A stretch of 60,525 nt of DNA from an uncultured Gammaproteobacteria bacterium (GTDB lineage Bacteria > Patescibacteriota > Patescibacteriia > UBA9934 > GWF2-40-263). The position numbers were made by a program, and so were the translations under genes. The notes under the pieces were generated by a model, which did not search any database, was not told the origin of the DNA, and worked only from the letters and a program-made list of their open reading frames with translations. The stretch spans positions 1-60,525 of the forward strand of contig CAYMBX010000001.1 in the NCBI GenBank assembly GCA_964388785.1. The letters run 5' to 3'. Numbering within the stretch: the stretch's first letter is position 1; each line of letters begins with the position of its first letter. Shown here in pieces: positions 33,827 to 42,042 of the stretch.

Positions 33827-35205
33827 ACCGTGTTGTCTTTTACGATGATTGTTCTCGCGACAGGTTGACCAAGCGTAGCGCTTTCAGCGAAGTTCATGTT
33901 GTAGGCGCCTGTATTTACGAATACGAGTAGGTCCCCTCTTGATGGTTTGTGAGGAAAAAATGTTTTGTGTCGATAAATTAAGTCGCTATGAAGACAGAGA
34001 TTTCCAGCGATGAACGCTGATAATGGCTCGTCATGATCATCTTTTTGCGACACGAGCAGCGGATCGGACATGAACTCCATGTCGATGGCGTTAATATTGG
34101 AGCGATTCATGTCAACAATGACAACCTGATCTCCAGATGATGTTTCTTTTACATCAAGTACTTCGGCGATGGTTACGCCCACTTGATCGAGAAGAGAACG
34201 CCCTGGTTCTATTGCCAGACCAATGAGCATCTCATTCAAAATCGTTTTGACAGGCTGGTCATACGTGGGCAGTTTTTCATTCAAAAGATCTTCCAACTCA
34301 CGTTCTTTTACAAGTGTGCGATAAAACTCGCCAAAATTCGGACCACCCTCAAGGAAGCCACCACGATTTTTAAATCCTAACCCCGAGTCATTCCAGGAGA
34401 GACGCTCGCCGTGGCCTAGCACAGATTGTTTGAGAGCCGAGACATAATCATGCCACTCTTGTTGATGTGCAAGATAGTTAATGTGAAATCCTCCGCCGAT
34501 ATTTATGAACTGTGGGTTCAGTCCGAATTTTCGTGCCGCAAGCGTGCACTCAATGGAATTTTCTATAGCGACCAACCGTTCCTTTTTGTCGCCCGCATTG
34601 ATGTGAAATGAAAAGCCGATCAACTGGATGGAATCTTTATGGTCAATGAGTTGCCGTAAAATAACCGGCAGGTCTTTTATCAGAATGCCGAAACGAGACT
34701 CACTCCAACGTACGTTGGTATGTTGTGCAGAAAATCCATTCAGTCGCAGATAGACTTGTGTTTTTTTGTTTTGATATTTACTTTCGGCAATAACGAGCTC
34801 TAACTCCGTGAGGCTATCGATATTGAAAACGATCTCAGTTTGTACACCTTGCTTGATAAGCAGGTCGTTTTTAGGACCCGTTGCCTCGATATATTTAGGA
34901 TCGATACCCATCTGCAAGGCATTGTCTAACTCATTGAGCGACGCGACATCAACACCAACGCCCGCAAGTCGTACTGACTGAAGGAGTTCGACGGATTTGT
35001 TTGGTTTGTGAGCGTAGTAGATCTGGCTACGATCCATGTTCCGTTCAAGAACCGCTTGAAAACAACCGATAGTGTGTGACATTAATTCAGGAAATAGAAC
35101 ATTGAGCGGTGACCCGTGATGCCGAATCAATTCTAATAAACGATCTTGATTCTCCAAGAAGGTTGCGACCTCCCCATGAACAAGTGGTGTGAGTTTCAAA
35201 CTCAT
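33808..35205 (-). CDS. Type III (alanine-racemase fold) PLP-dependent decarboxylase (Orn/Lys/Arg/DAP-decarboxylase family)
   Basis: YYAHKPNKS (PLP-lysine motif yAvKaN), NIGGGF and a C-terminal GNLCLHSD. Confidence 0.75.
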   Translation of the reverse strand: MSLKLTPLVHGEVATFLENQDRLLELIRHHGSPLNVLFPELMSHTIGCFQAVLERNMDRSQIYYAHKPNKSVELLQSVRLAGVGVDVASLNELDNALQMGIDPKYIEATGPKNDLLIKQGVQTEIVFNIDSLTELELVIAESKYQNKKTQVYLRLNGFSAQHTNVRWSESRFGILIKDLPVILRQLIDHKDSIQLIGFSFHINAGDKKERLVAIENSIECTLAARKFGLNPQFINIGGGFHINYLAHQQEWHDYVSALKQSVLGHGERLSWNDSGLGFKNRGGFLEGGPNFGEFYRTLVKERELEDLLNEKLPTYDQPVKTILNEMLIGLAIEPGRSLLDQVGVTIAEVLDVKETSSGDQVVIVDMNRSNINAIDMEFMSDPLLVSQKDDHDEPLSAFIAGNLCLHSDLIYRHKTFFPHKPSRGDLLVFVNTGAYNMNFAESATLGQPVARTIIVKDNTVCSTET

Positions 35206-36161
35206 AGCTGTACATCCTTCACTGAGAAGTCTGGGTCAATTTGTTCGGTAAGGTCACCGTGGCGAGCCACGATGTAATCGGCTTGCGCGTGCTTGCGATG
35301 GAGGTAATGCAAGATACTGATCCGACGATCTTCTGTTTCCATATTTCTCCTTGTGATTTCTGCAATGCGATCAAACACGTCTTCAACCCCTTCAATTTTC
35401 TCGATATCAATTGTTTCACCTAATTGTCGTGATCGCTTGAGATATGACTGTCGACCAAGAGACCCGACCAACTTGCTGCCAACATTTGATTGCAGGTATG
35501 TAACATCTTCGTCATCATCTACTTTATTTCCAATTACATAAATGTAGTCGTCTACTCCCGCCACCTTGGCAAGCTCCATATACTGTTTAAAAACGCTTAC
35601 GCCTTCAGGTGTCGGCTCAACAACCAGAGCGATCGCATCAAACTGTGCGTGAAGTGTACCGGCAAATGCGTCCGTACCAGCCACCATATCCGCCACAAGC
35701 CACTCATTTTCTTTCAGAAGTGTGTGAGAAAGGAGCGATTCAAAGATGGCTAAGTTGGTGTGATAACAACTTTCACCGATTTCATCTTTATCGTACGTGC
35801 CCACATGGAGCAAAAATCCAGAATGGCTGATAGAAGTCGCAAATGAAGAGAGAACGAAATTATCTGCATCGCAAGTTAAAAAACAGGATCCCTGACCGGG
35901 TGGAGTAGATTTTACAATCGAAAATGCATCTTTAATACGCGTATTTGATCCTTTGAGATACTCCTTCACCTTCAAGCTGTTTTCTGGAAGAGACAAGGCC
36001 TGGTCGGGATCGATAGAACATCCGAGCAAAATCGGCAGGTGAATATTTACGTCAGCGTCCACCGCTATAACTGATAGGTTCTTCTTTTGAAGGTATTGTA
36101 TGAAAAGGGATGAGATGGTGCTTTTTCCCGATCCACCTTTTCCCACAAACGCAATTTTCAT
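35202..36161 (-). CDS. CooC/MinD/ParA-type P-loop ATPase (metal-centre maturation factor-like)
   Basis: MKIAFVGKGGSGKSTIS deviant Walker A and DADVN. 319 aa. ATGA overlap with the decarboxylase gene. Confidence 0.7.
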   Translation of the reverse strand: MKIAFVGKGGSGKSTISSLFIQYLQKKNLSVIAVDADVNIHLPILLGCSIDPDQALSLPENSLKVKEYLKGSNTRIKDAFSIVKSTPPGQGSCFLTCDADNFVLSSFATSISHSGFLLHVGTYDKDEIGESCYHTNLAIFESLLSHTLLKENEWLVADMVAGTDAFAGTLHAQFDAIALVVEPTPEGVSVFKQYMELAKVAGVDDYIYVIGNKVDDDEDVTYLQSNVGSKLVGSLGRQSYLKRSRQLGETIDIEKIEGVEDVFDRIAEITRRNMETEDRRISILHYLHRKHAQADYIVARHGDLTEQIDPDFSVKDVQL

Positions 36162-36170
36162 ATTTATGTT

Positions 36171-36220
36171 AACGCAATTTAGTTGCGTTTAAATTTAGCC
36201 GAGCCTTTCCTTTTTGTCAA
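36171..36220 (-). promoter_or_regulatory. Promoter TTGACA-N17-TAAATT (minus strand) followed by palindrome AACGCAA-N5-TTGCGTT (36171..36189), just upstream of the CooC-like ATG
   Basis: Read directly. Candidate operator for the Fur-family protein encoded at the end of the operon. Confidence 0.45.
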
Positions 36221-36254
36221 CGTTAAAACACCAGACAAGCTGGTGTTTTAACGT
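36220..36254 (-). terminator. Perfect 15-bp hairpin abutting the tRNA-Glu 3' CCA (terminator or processing signal)
   Basis: ACGTTAAAACACCAG-acaag-CTGGTGTTTTAACGT. Confidence 0.6.
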
Positions 36255-36328
36255 GGTGACCCCACGGGGAGTCGAACCCCGCTTTACAGGATGAAAACCT
36301 GTCGTCCTAACCGATAGACGATGGGGCC
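36254..36328 (-). tRNA. tRNA-Glu (anticodon UUC), CCA encoded
   Basis: Reverse complement GGCCCCATCGTCTATCGGTTAGGACGACAGGTTTTCATCCTGTAAAGCGGGGTTCGACTCCCCGTGGGGTCACCA. Cloverleaf with anticodon loop TTTTCAT and T-arm GGGGTTCGACTCCCC. Confidence 0.9.
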
Positions 36329-36371
36329 ATATTTTATTATGGCGTGAACTGTGTACGGTTAGGACGACTGT

Positions 36372-36507
36372 GTCCTAACCGATGCGTGAGTGAGCGAGTG
36401 GAGAGACCAAGCTGAAAGCTTGGGCTATCCCGAGCGAGCGAGCGCAATATGGCCGCTCGGCTTGCCATCCGGCCATATAGACGATGGGGCCATATTTTAT
36501 TATGGCG
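36372..36507 (-). repeat. Disrupted second copy of the tRNA-Glu 5' segment plus its upstream region, split by a 95-bp insertion
   Basis: The 41-mer at 36304..36344 (GTCCTAACCGAT|AGACGATGGGGCCATATTTTATTATGGCG) recurs as 36372..36383 plus 36479..36507. An inverted D-arm fragment lies at 36358..36370. Confidence 0.8.
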
Positions 36508-36618
36508 ATGACGGAAATGCGTCAGAATCATACGGGTTTTCTGTGAGTTCGTCAAGCGTTTCGTTGACAAATCCATTACGGTTTGAAAAACTGTGGTCGC
36601 CTACGCAGGAGGAGAGCC

Positions 36619-37275
36619 ATGCAGTTCCCCGGCGAATTCATGTGCGGATGGAGAGTCAAAGAGGCAAACGGCTATGTGGTCGGAGTCGACGTCGTCACCT
36701 CGCCGTCCCCGCATCAAGTGGTCACCCAGGCGCTCGGCCAGCTCGGGCTGGGCCTGAGCGACGTGTTTGCTGAATGCAACGAGATTTCGGTTCGAGCACC
36801 CATCGGTGCGGACCACATCTCGCGCGTTCAGCTCCCCGCCTCGCTAGATCATCTCCCCTCCGACGTCCGCGAACGCATCGCGTACACGGCACTCGTTGGC
36901 TCACACGATCTCTTCATCGTCGTGCAATACATCAAGGCGCTTGAGAATCTCGTGCGCAAGCTGGTTCCCCGCTACGTGGAGGCGAATCATCTCACTCTGC
37001 GCGTCTGCGTCGAGCACCAGCCGCTCGTCCAAATCATCGACACGAAAGATGAAGCGGCTCGATATCGGGTGGAACAGCAGAACGTGATACGCATGCGGCC
37101 GAGCGCGCAACTGGCTGAACACGAAGGAAGCATGCGCCTGCGCCTCATGGGATTCCACACCACCTTCCCGCTCAGGCAGTGGGCCCACAACCTCGTCCCC
37201 ACCATGGTCTCCTTGCTCATCCTTGAACATCTCTCCGGCGCGCACTTTGTCGCCGGAACCGACTCGATCAACTGA
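36619..37275 (+). CDS. Hypothetical protein (high-GC orphan beside the tRNA scar)
   Basis: ATG 36619 preceded by AGGAGGAG. 218 aa, no motif recognised. Confidence 0.55.
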   Translation: MQFPGEFMCGWRVKEANGYVVGVDVVTSPSPHQVVTQALGQLGLGLSDVFAECNEISVRAPIGADHISRVQLPASLDHLPSDVRERIAYTALVGSHDLFIVVQYIKALENLVRKLVPRYVEANHLTLRVCVEHQPLVQIIDTKDEAARYRVEQQNVIRMRPSAQLAEHEGSMRLRLMGFHTTFPLRQWAHNLVPTMVSLLILEHLSGAHFVAGTDSIN

Positions 37276-37295
37276 GGACCCCGTCCTCTTTTTTC
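37274..37295 (+). terminator. Rho-independent terminator
   Basis: GAGGAC-ccc-GTCCTC followed by TTTTTT. Confidence 0.75.
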
Positions 37296-37332
37296 TTTCT
37301 GAAAAATCCGGAACAAGGTAAAGTAATCACGT

Positions 37333-38388
37333 ATGCAAGCCTTTCCACAACACATGACCATTGAAAAATGGTTTTTTCTCCTCATTACGGCAGTGGTTGC
37401 CGGTCTCTTTTGGAAGATTATTCAACCGTTTGCACTCGTGCTTTTAAGCGCGGCTGTCTTCGCGATCATGCTCTCACCGCTCGATGCCCGGCTGAACAAA
37501 TTTCTTAAACATCCCCGCATCTCCGCCGCCATCATTTCCATCGGCGTCGTGATCCTCGTGTTTGTTCCCCTTCTTCTTCTGTCGCTCGTGATGGTACGCC
37601 AAGCATCAGACCTCATTCAAAATTCATTCCATGAAACCGGTTGGATCGAAGGGATCCGCGCATTTTTGTTACCGATTATTTCACTGCTTCCCCAACATGT
37701 TCAGGAATCGATTCTTTCCTACGACGTGACCCAGCTTGGAGTGACAATCGCCACGTGGGCGTTCAATAATATCGGCAACATTTTTGAAAGTGCGACCAAT
37801 CTGATCCTCAATACGTTTCTGTTTTTTATTGCGCTTTATTATCTTATTGTCGATCGCGAAAAAATTTATGCCGAAGTGCTCGCGCTTTCCCCACTCAAAG
37901 ACAACGTGGATGTAAAAATCCTTAAACGCGTCATCGGCACGGTGCGTTCGGTGGTGTTTGGTGTGCTTATCTTGGGATTCGTTCAAGGTGTATTTGCCGC
38001 AATCGGCATGAGCATCTTTGGCGTGCCCGGTGCGCTCATCTGGGGTGCGGTCACGGCGCTTGCCGCACTTGTCCCACTTGTCGGATCCGCGCTCGTGCTC
38101 GTTCCCGCCGTCTTGTATCTCTTCTTTACCGGCTCCACCGCCGCGGCATTTGGGTTGCTTATCTGGTCGGTCGTTGTGGTCGGACTCGCTGATAACATCT
38201 TGGGGCCTTATCTCATCAAAGGCACCACGCACATGCACGCATTTCTCGTGCTCATTTCGGTGCTCGGTGGCATTCAAGTGTTCGGGTATATCGGCGTGAT
38301 TGCCGGCCCGACAATACTCGCCGCCCTGCTTGCGCTTATTGAATTGTATCAGTCGGGTATTTTGACGAAAGGAAGAATTACGCAATAA
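37333..38388 (+). CDS. AI-2E family transporter (PerM/YhhT, UPF0118)
   Basis: 351 aa, 7-8 hydrophobic helices and a characteristic C-terminal GGIQVFGYIGVIAGP. Confidence 0.75.
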   Translation: MQAFPQHMTIEKWFFLLITAVVAGLFWKIIQPFALVLLSAAVFAIMLSPLDARLNKFLKHPRISAAIISIGVVILVFVPLLLLSLVMVRQASDLIQNSFHETGWIEGIRAFLLPIISLLPQHVQESILSYDVTQLGVTIATWAFNNIGNIFESATNLILNTFLFFIALYYLIVDREKIYAEVLALSPLKDNVDVKILKRVIGTVRSVVFGVLILGFVQGVFAAIGMSIFGVPGALIWGAVTALAALVPLVGSALVLVPAVLYLFFTGSTAAAFGLLIWSVVVVGLADNILGPYLIKGTTHMHAFLVLISVLGGIQVFGYIGVIAGPTILAALLALIELYQSGILTKGRITQ

Positions 38389-38512
38389 GACCTCTGAAAA
38401 ACTAGTGGATTTTTGTTGAACGGGCTGTCGAGCTCGCGAGACGTAGGTTAATCTTACGTTGAGCGAGTCGACGGGTACCCGTGAGACGAAAAGACACGGT
38501 TTTGCAGAGGTC
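38389..38512. repeat. Nested inverted-repeat element (outer GACCTCTG/CAGAGGTC; inner GTCGAGCTCGCGAGACGTAGG...CTTACGTTGAGCGAGTCGAC)
   Basis: Read directly in the convergent intergenic region. Confidence 0.6.
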
Positions 38513-38520
38513 TTTGAAAT

Positions 38521-38550
38521 TAAAAAGCAGGGTTCACGAGGGAACCCTGC
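38521..38550 (-). terminator. Rho-independent terminator of the PP2C-kinase operon
   Basis: GCAGGGTTC-loop-GAACCCTGC with a T-run on the minus strand. Confidence 0.8.
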
Positions 38551-38565
38551 AAGGGAAGTTGGCGC

Positions 38566-38919
38566 CTACGCGCCGAAGCCCGACGCAGCGGTCTGACTGA
38601 AGCCGGCGCCGCCCTGGCTGGCGCGCACCGCCGACTGGGAGACGACGGCCATGGCCGCGCGGATCTCGCTGGGCGTGTTGCCCGGGGTCAGGACGAACTC
38701 GCGCGGGATCCCCATGGATTCCGCGACCTTGTGGAAGTCCGTGTGGCCGTCCTTGATCCCGATGAAGAAGACGAGGTGCGTCTCGCGACGCAGCATGTCC
38801 TCCACGATCGCCTTGACGCTCGCGGGCGTCTGGTGGCGGGAGTGCTCGTCCATCTTGGGGCGGTAACCCCAGATGCCGGCGTTCTTGGGATCGAAATGTT
38901 GAGGCATCGGAAGCTGCAT
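38566..38919 (-). CDS. Small hypothetical protein, third gene of the PP2C-kinase operon
   Basis: ATG 38919 with GAGAGGAA Shine-Dalgarno. 117 aa with a Gly/Ala/Ser/Gln-rich tail. The HLVFFIGIKDGHTDFHKVAESMGIP segment faintly recalls the last beta-alpha units of vWA domains, but there is no DxSxS MIDAS motif. Confidence 0.55.
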   Translation of the reverse strand: MQLPMPQHFDPKNAGIWGYRPKMDEHSRHQTPASVKAIVEDMLRRETHLVFFIGIKDGHTDFHKVAESMGIPREFVLTPGNTPSEIRAAMAVVSQSAVRASQGGAGFSQTAASGFGA

Positions 38920-39003
38920 GACGTTCCTCTCTTTTTCCTTTGAAGCCTTGGTTGCAAGCAACAACTTTTACGTGGGCTACTCAACCACGGTTCTGCACCC
39001 GCC

Positions 39004-40950
39004 TCAGGACATCTTCAGCAGGTGGATCTCATCTCTGCGGATCACGTAGATCCCCTCCTTCGCGTAGAACAGCCGCGAGGAGGCGTCGACAAAGGGCTCC
39101 GTGTCGGCGAAGTGGCGCGTCTGCACGATCCCGGTAGGCTCGGCATCCACGCATACAATCCCTTCATCCGTCGGCACGAACAGGACGTGTCGGATCCCGC
39201 CACCCTGCTTGGGCAGCGTCACGGCACATCCGCCGCGAATGTCACTCAGCCACGATCCGTCGCCGTCCGTAGCCTCATGGCTCGCGATCACTTTCCCGTC
39301 TGGTGCGAGCACCGTGCAACGGTTGATCAGGTTGCCGAGGTGCTGGCTCTTGGTGAAGAACCAAACTCCGTTAGACGAGAAGACGGCGTGCGCGTCCACC
39401 AGCTGCCCGGGGATGGGCGGCAGGTTGACACTATCGTTGAGCGACCGCTTTGCCTCGTTGAAGACGAACGCCTGGAAGAGCGCGCCGGCTCGGTAGAATC
39501 CGAATCCGAACGCCGGCCCCGTCCAGATGACCGTCTGTCCGCTCAGCACGTTACCGATCAGCTCGGTGGTGTCGATGCCGAAGTTACCTTCGCGCACGAG
39601 CTGTCCGCCCTGAAGACGAAACAGCGTCTTGGCGGTGGTGTCGAACATCGGCTTGTGACCGAACGTATCGACGTTCAACGCCTTGGGTGCCTCGCCTGGT
39701 TCGATCGCAACGAGCCGTCCGCCAAGCCCGATCAGGGTACGCGTTCCGCTGATGCGCAAACGCATCTCGGGGCGTGCAGGCTGTGTGAACACGACGGTCG
39801 CATCTTCGCGACGAATCTGTCCGCCCTCTTCGTAGAGGTAGACGAGCTTTCCGTCTTGCATCGCGACCTGCAGAATCCGACCGTGAGCACGCCCGTTGGG
39901 GAACAACCTAGTAGCTGTCACCTTTCCACGTACGGTCACATGCTGCGCGATCGCCGCCGCGGCCACACCGCACTGCGGACAAGTCCGCCGTGCGTGCTCG
40001 AAGCCGCAGTCATTGCACTTCGTCCATCGCAAGTTCTCAAGCAGACTCGCCTCGACCTCGCCGCGGCGATCCTTCTCGAACACGTCGAGGAAGAACTGAA
40101 GCAGTTCGTCGGGAAGTAGCTTGGGGCTGCGCGCCGGCTTGGGGTAGATGACGTCTGCGCCAAGCACGCTTGCCCGCCTGAGGCTTCGCGCATCATGCGC
40201 GATCCTTTGGCTGGCTTCTTTGGGCTTGTGCACTCCCCCGTACGGTCCGGTCCACAGCAGGCTCTCAAAGAGCATGACCAGGAACGCGAACCAATCGGAG
40301 TTGGTGGTGTGCGGTTTGATGAGCATCGGCTTGGTCGCCGCGGGATCGCACAGCATTGGGTCGACGAATCGCGCCGTGAACATCGGACTCAGGAAATTGC
40401 CGAACTGCATGGAGTCCGCGTCGACGAGCATCGGGATTGCCTCGGGCGTGCCAATCTTTTGGATAAGCACGTTGAGGTCGTTGAAATCCGCGATGATGAT
40501 CCCCGCCTTGTGGATCTGCGCGACCAGAGTGCGCAGACGCAGGAAGAAATGAACCAGATCCTTGGGCGCGATCTGCTTGCGCAGACCTTTGTCGTCGTGT
40601 AGAGCCATGAGCTCGCGTGCATCGACGATAAGGGGCATGGTGTAGCCGTAGATCGCTCCCTTCCTGTCGGTCGCAAGGTCCACAGGCGCGATCAGACCGC
40701 TCGGCAGGTCCTTTTTGGGGAACGCCGCCAGTTTTGTCTGATGCGTGGCGATGCGCTGTCGTGCCTCCCGTGCGAGCCGTTCACGATCCGGCCCCGGCGG
40801 AAGCGACACGATGTCGGGGTGGTCGGGCGTCTTGAACACCTTGAGTGCCTTATCGCCCAGCCGATAGACGTCGGCTTCACCACCTTTTCCGAGCACCATG
40901 GCCGGATCCAGACGAACTCGGTTTCCGGCGACGATCAATTCGGTAAGCAT
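39004..40950 (-). CDS. Ser/Thr protein kinase-like protein (648 aa) with central zinc ribbon and a large C-terminal domain
   Basis: VLGKGGEADVYRLGDKALKVFK (G-loop plus lysine), HKAGIIIADFNDLNVLI (catalytic loop), LVDADSMQF (DFG-like), CNDCGFEHARRTCPQCG. GGAGG Shine-Dalgarno. Start is 2 nt after the PP2C stop. Confidence 0.75.
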   Translation of the reverse strand: MLTELIVAGNRVRLDPAMVLGKGGEADVYRLGDKALKVFKTPDHPDIVSLPPGPDRERLAREARQRIATHQTKLAAFPKKDLPSGLIAPVDLATDRKGAIYGYTMPLIVDARELMALHDDKGLRKQIAPKDLVHFFLRLRTLVAQIHKAGIIIADFNDLNVLIQKIGTPEAIPMLVDADSMQFGNFLSPMFTARFVDPMLCDPAATKPMLIKPHTTNSDWFAFLVMLFESLLWTGPYGGVHKPKEASQRIAHDARSLRRASVLGADVIYPKPARSPKLLPDELLQFFLDVFEKDRRGEVEASLLENLRWTKCNDCGFEHARRTCPQCGVAAAAIAQHVTVRGKVTATRLFPNGRAHGRILQVAMQDGKLVYLYEEGGQIRREDATVVFTQPARPEMRLRISGTRTLIGLGGRLVAIEPGEAPKALNVDTFGHKPMFDTTAKTLFRLQGGQLVREGNFGIDTTELIGNVLSGQTVIWTGPAFGFGFYRAGALFQAFVFNEAKRSLNDSVNLPPIPGQLVDAHAVFSSNGVWFFTKSQHLGNLINRCTVLAPDGKVIASHEATDGDGSWLSDIRGGCAVTLPKQGGGIRHVLFVPTDEGIVCVDAEPTGIVQTRHFADTEPFVDASSRLFYAKEGIYVIRRDEIHLLKMS

Positions 40951-40952
40951 GG

Positions 40953-41801
40953 TTACTGCCTCCGTCCCACGATCAGCGTCGTGTCGTCCTTGAGATGACC
41001 TGCTTCGGTGACCAACCGTCGTGCGTCCCAATCCGGCAACACGGAGGTGAGGTTCGCCAAAGCCAAGCGTCTGCGGATGTTATCCGTGTTTCTAAAGAAC
41101 CGCTCTTCCTCCCAGAACTGGGACAGCGGGCCGACGAGCTGATCTTTGCCGGGCAGGCGCAGCTGGCTTGCGCGCACGAAGTGGCGCAAACCGTCTGTCC
41201 CGACCAGGAAATGATCCAGTCGTTCGGTGCTGACGACTTGGAGGATCTCGAACTTGAGCGACTCCGGCTTCACATCCGCAAGCGACGTGTCCACCAGCGC
41301 GTACGCCAGATACACCGGCGCGTTTCCTGCTTCCGGTTCGATCCAGAACTCCTCGCCGTTGATGATGATGAGACCGTCTCCGCGGGAGAAGAACACGCAG
41401 AACTCTTCGGTCAGAATCGCGCCGACGAGTGTGAATAGGAAGTGCTCGTTGATCGTGGACGAATAGGATCCACCCATCGAGAGCGCAAGTGTGCGCATCT
41501 GTGCAAGCACATCCTGTCGGGCACGCTCCAGGATCTTCATGAACTGCATCCTGGGTGCATCGTCCGTCTTCTGCCAACGCTTGAGCTGGAACGCGAGTGC
41601 ACTCTGCAACAAGCGCACGCCGATTTTGGCGCCGACTTCGCTGTGTGCACCGGAACCGCACCCGTCCGCCACGAGGCAGATCTGTGTGGAACCGAACACT
41701 GATTCGCTGGACGTGATTCCATAGGCGTCATGTCCATTGGATTCTTTGAGCGCCTGACGATGATCGGTTCCAACAACGGAACCGGCAGCCAATTCGAACA
41801 T
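40953..41801 (-). CDS. PP2C-family protein phosphatase (PP2C_2-like)
   Basis: LVADGCGSGAHSEVGAKIG and FLVGTDGL motifs. ATG 41801 with GGAGG Shine-Dalgarno; the longer ORF-track start at 41912 lies in the low-GC leader and was rejected. Confidence 0.7.
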   Translation of the reverse strand: MFELAAGSVVGTDHRQALKESNGHDAYGITSSESVFGSTQICLVADGCGSGAHSEVGAKIGVRLLQSALAFQLKRWQKTDDAPRMQFMKILERARQDVLAQMRTLALSMGGSYSSTINEHFLFTLVGAILTEEFCVFFSRGDGLIIINGEEFWIEPEAGNAPVYLAYALVDTSLADVKPESLKFEILQVVSTERLDHFLVGTDGLRHFVRASQLRLPGKDQLVGPLSQFWEEERFFRNTDNIRRRLALANLTSVLPDWDARRLVTEAGHLKDDTTLIVGRRQ

Positions 41802-41968
41802 GTCGTCGACCTCCAATGAGATCTCAATAAATGTCTCGGTTGTAGGGAACGGTCGAGGGAGTGTTCCACTCGTTTTTAACCCCGAATCTTGGGTCAAAAA
41901 CCAACGGAACAAGACCGCGAACCTTACGCGTTTTTTAGAATTTTGTCAATCTTCATCCCTCGCTATTT

Positions 41969-42006
41969 ACTTAGTGTAATATATACACATAGTAAAATCT
42001 TGTCAA
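41969..42006 (-). promoter_or_regulatory. PP2C-kinase operon promoter (minus strand TTGACA 42006-42001, N17, TATATT 41983-41978) with operator site C, ACTTAGTGT-N7-ACACATAGT (41969..41993)
   Basis: Same half-sites and -10-in-spacer layout as sites A and B at nrtR and the NAD island. Confidence 0.6.
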
Positions 42007-42012
42007 CCAATC

Positions 42013-42039
42013 AAAAAAGGCCGTTTGTTCGGCCTTTTT
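42013..42039. terminator. Bidirectional terminator after ribH
   Basis: AAAAAGGCCG-tttgtt-CGGCCTTTTT. Confidence 0.8.
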
Positions 42040-42042
42040 CTT

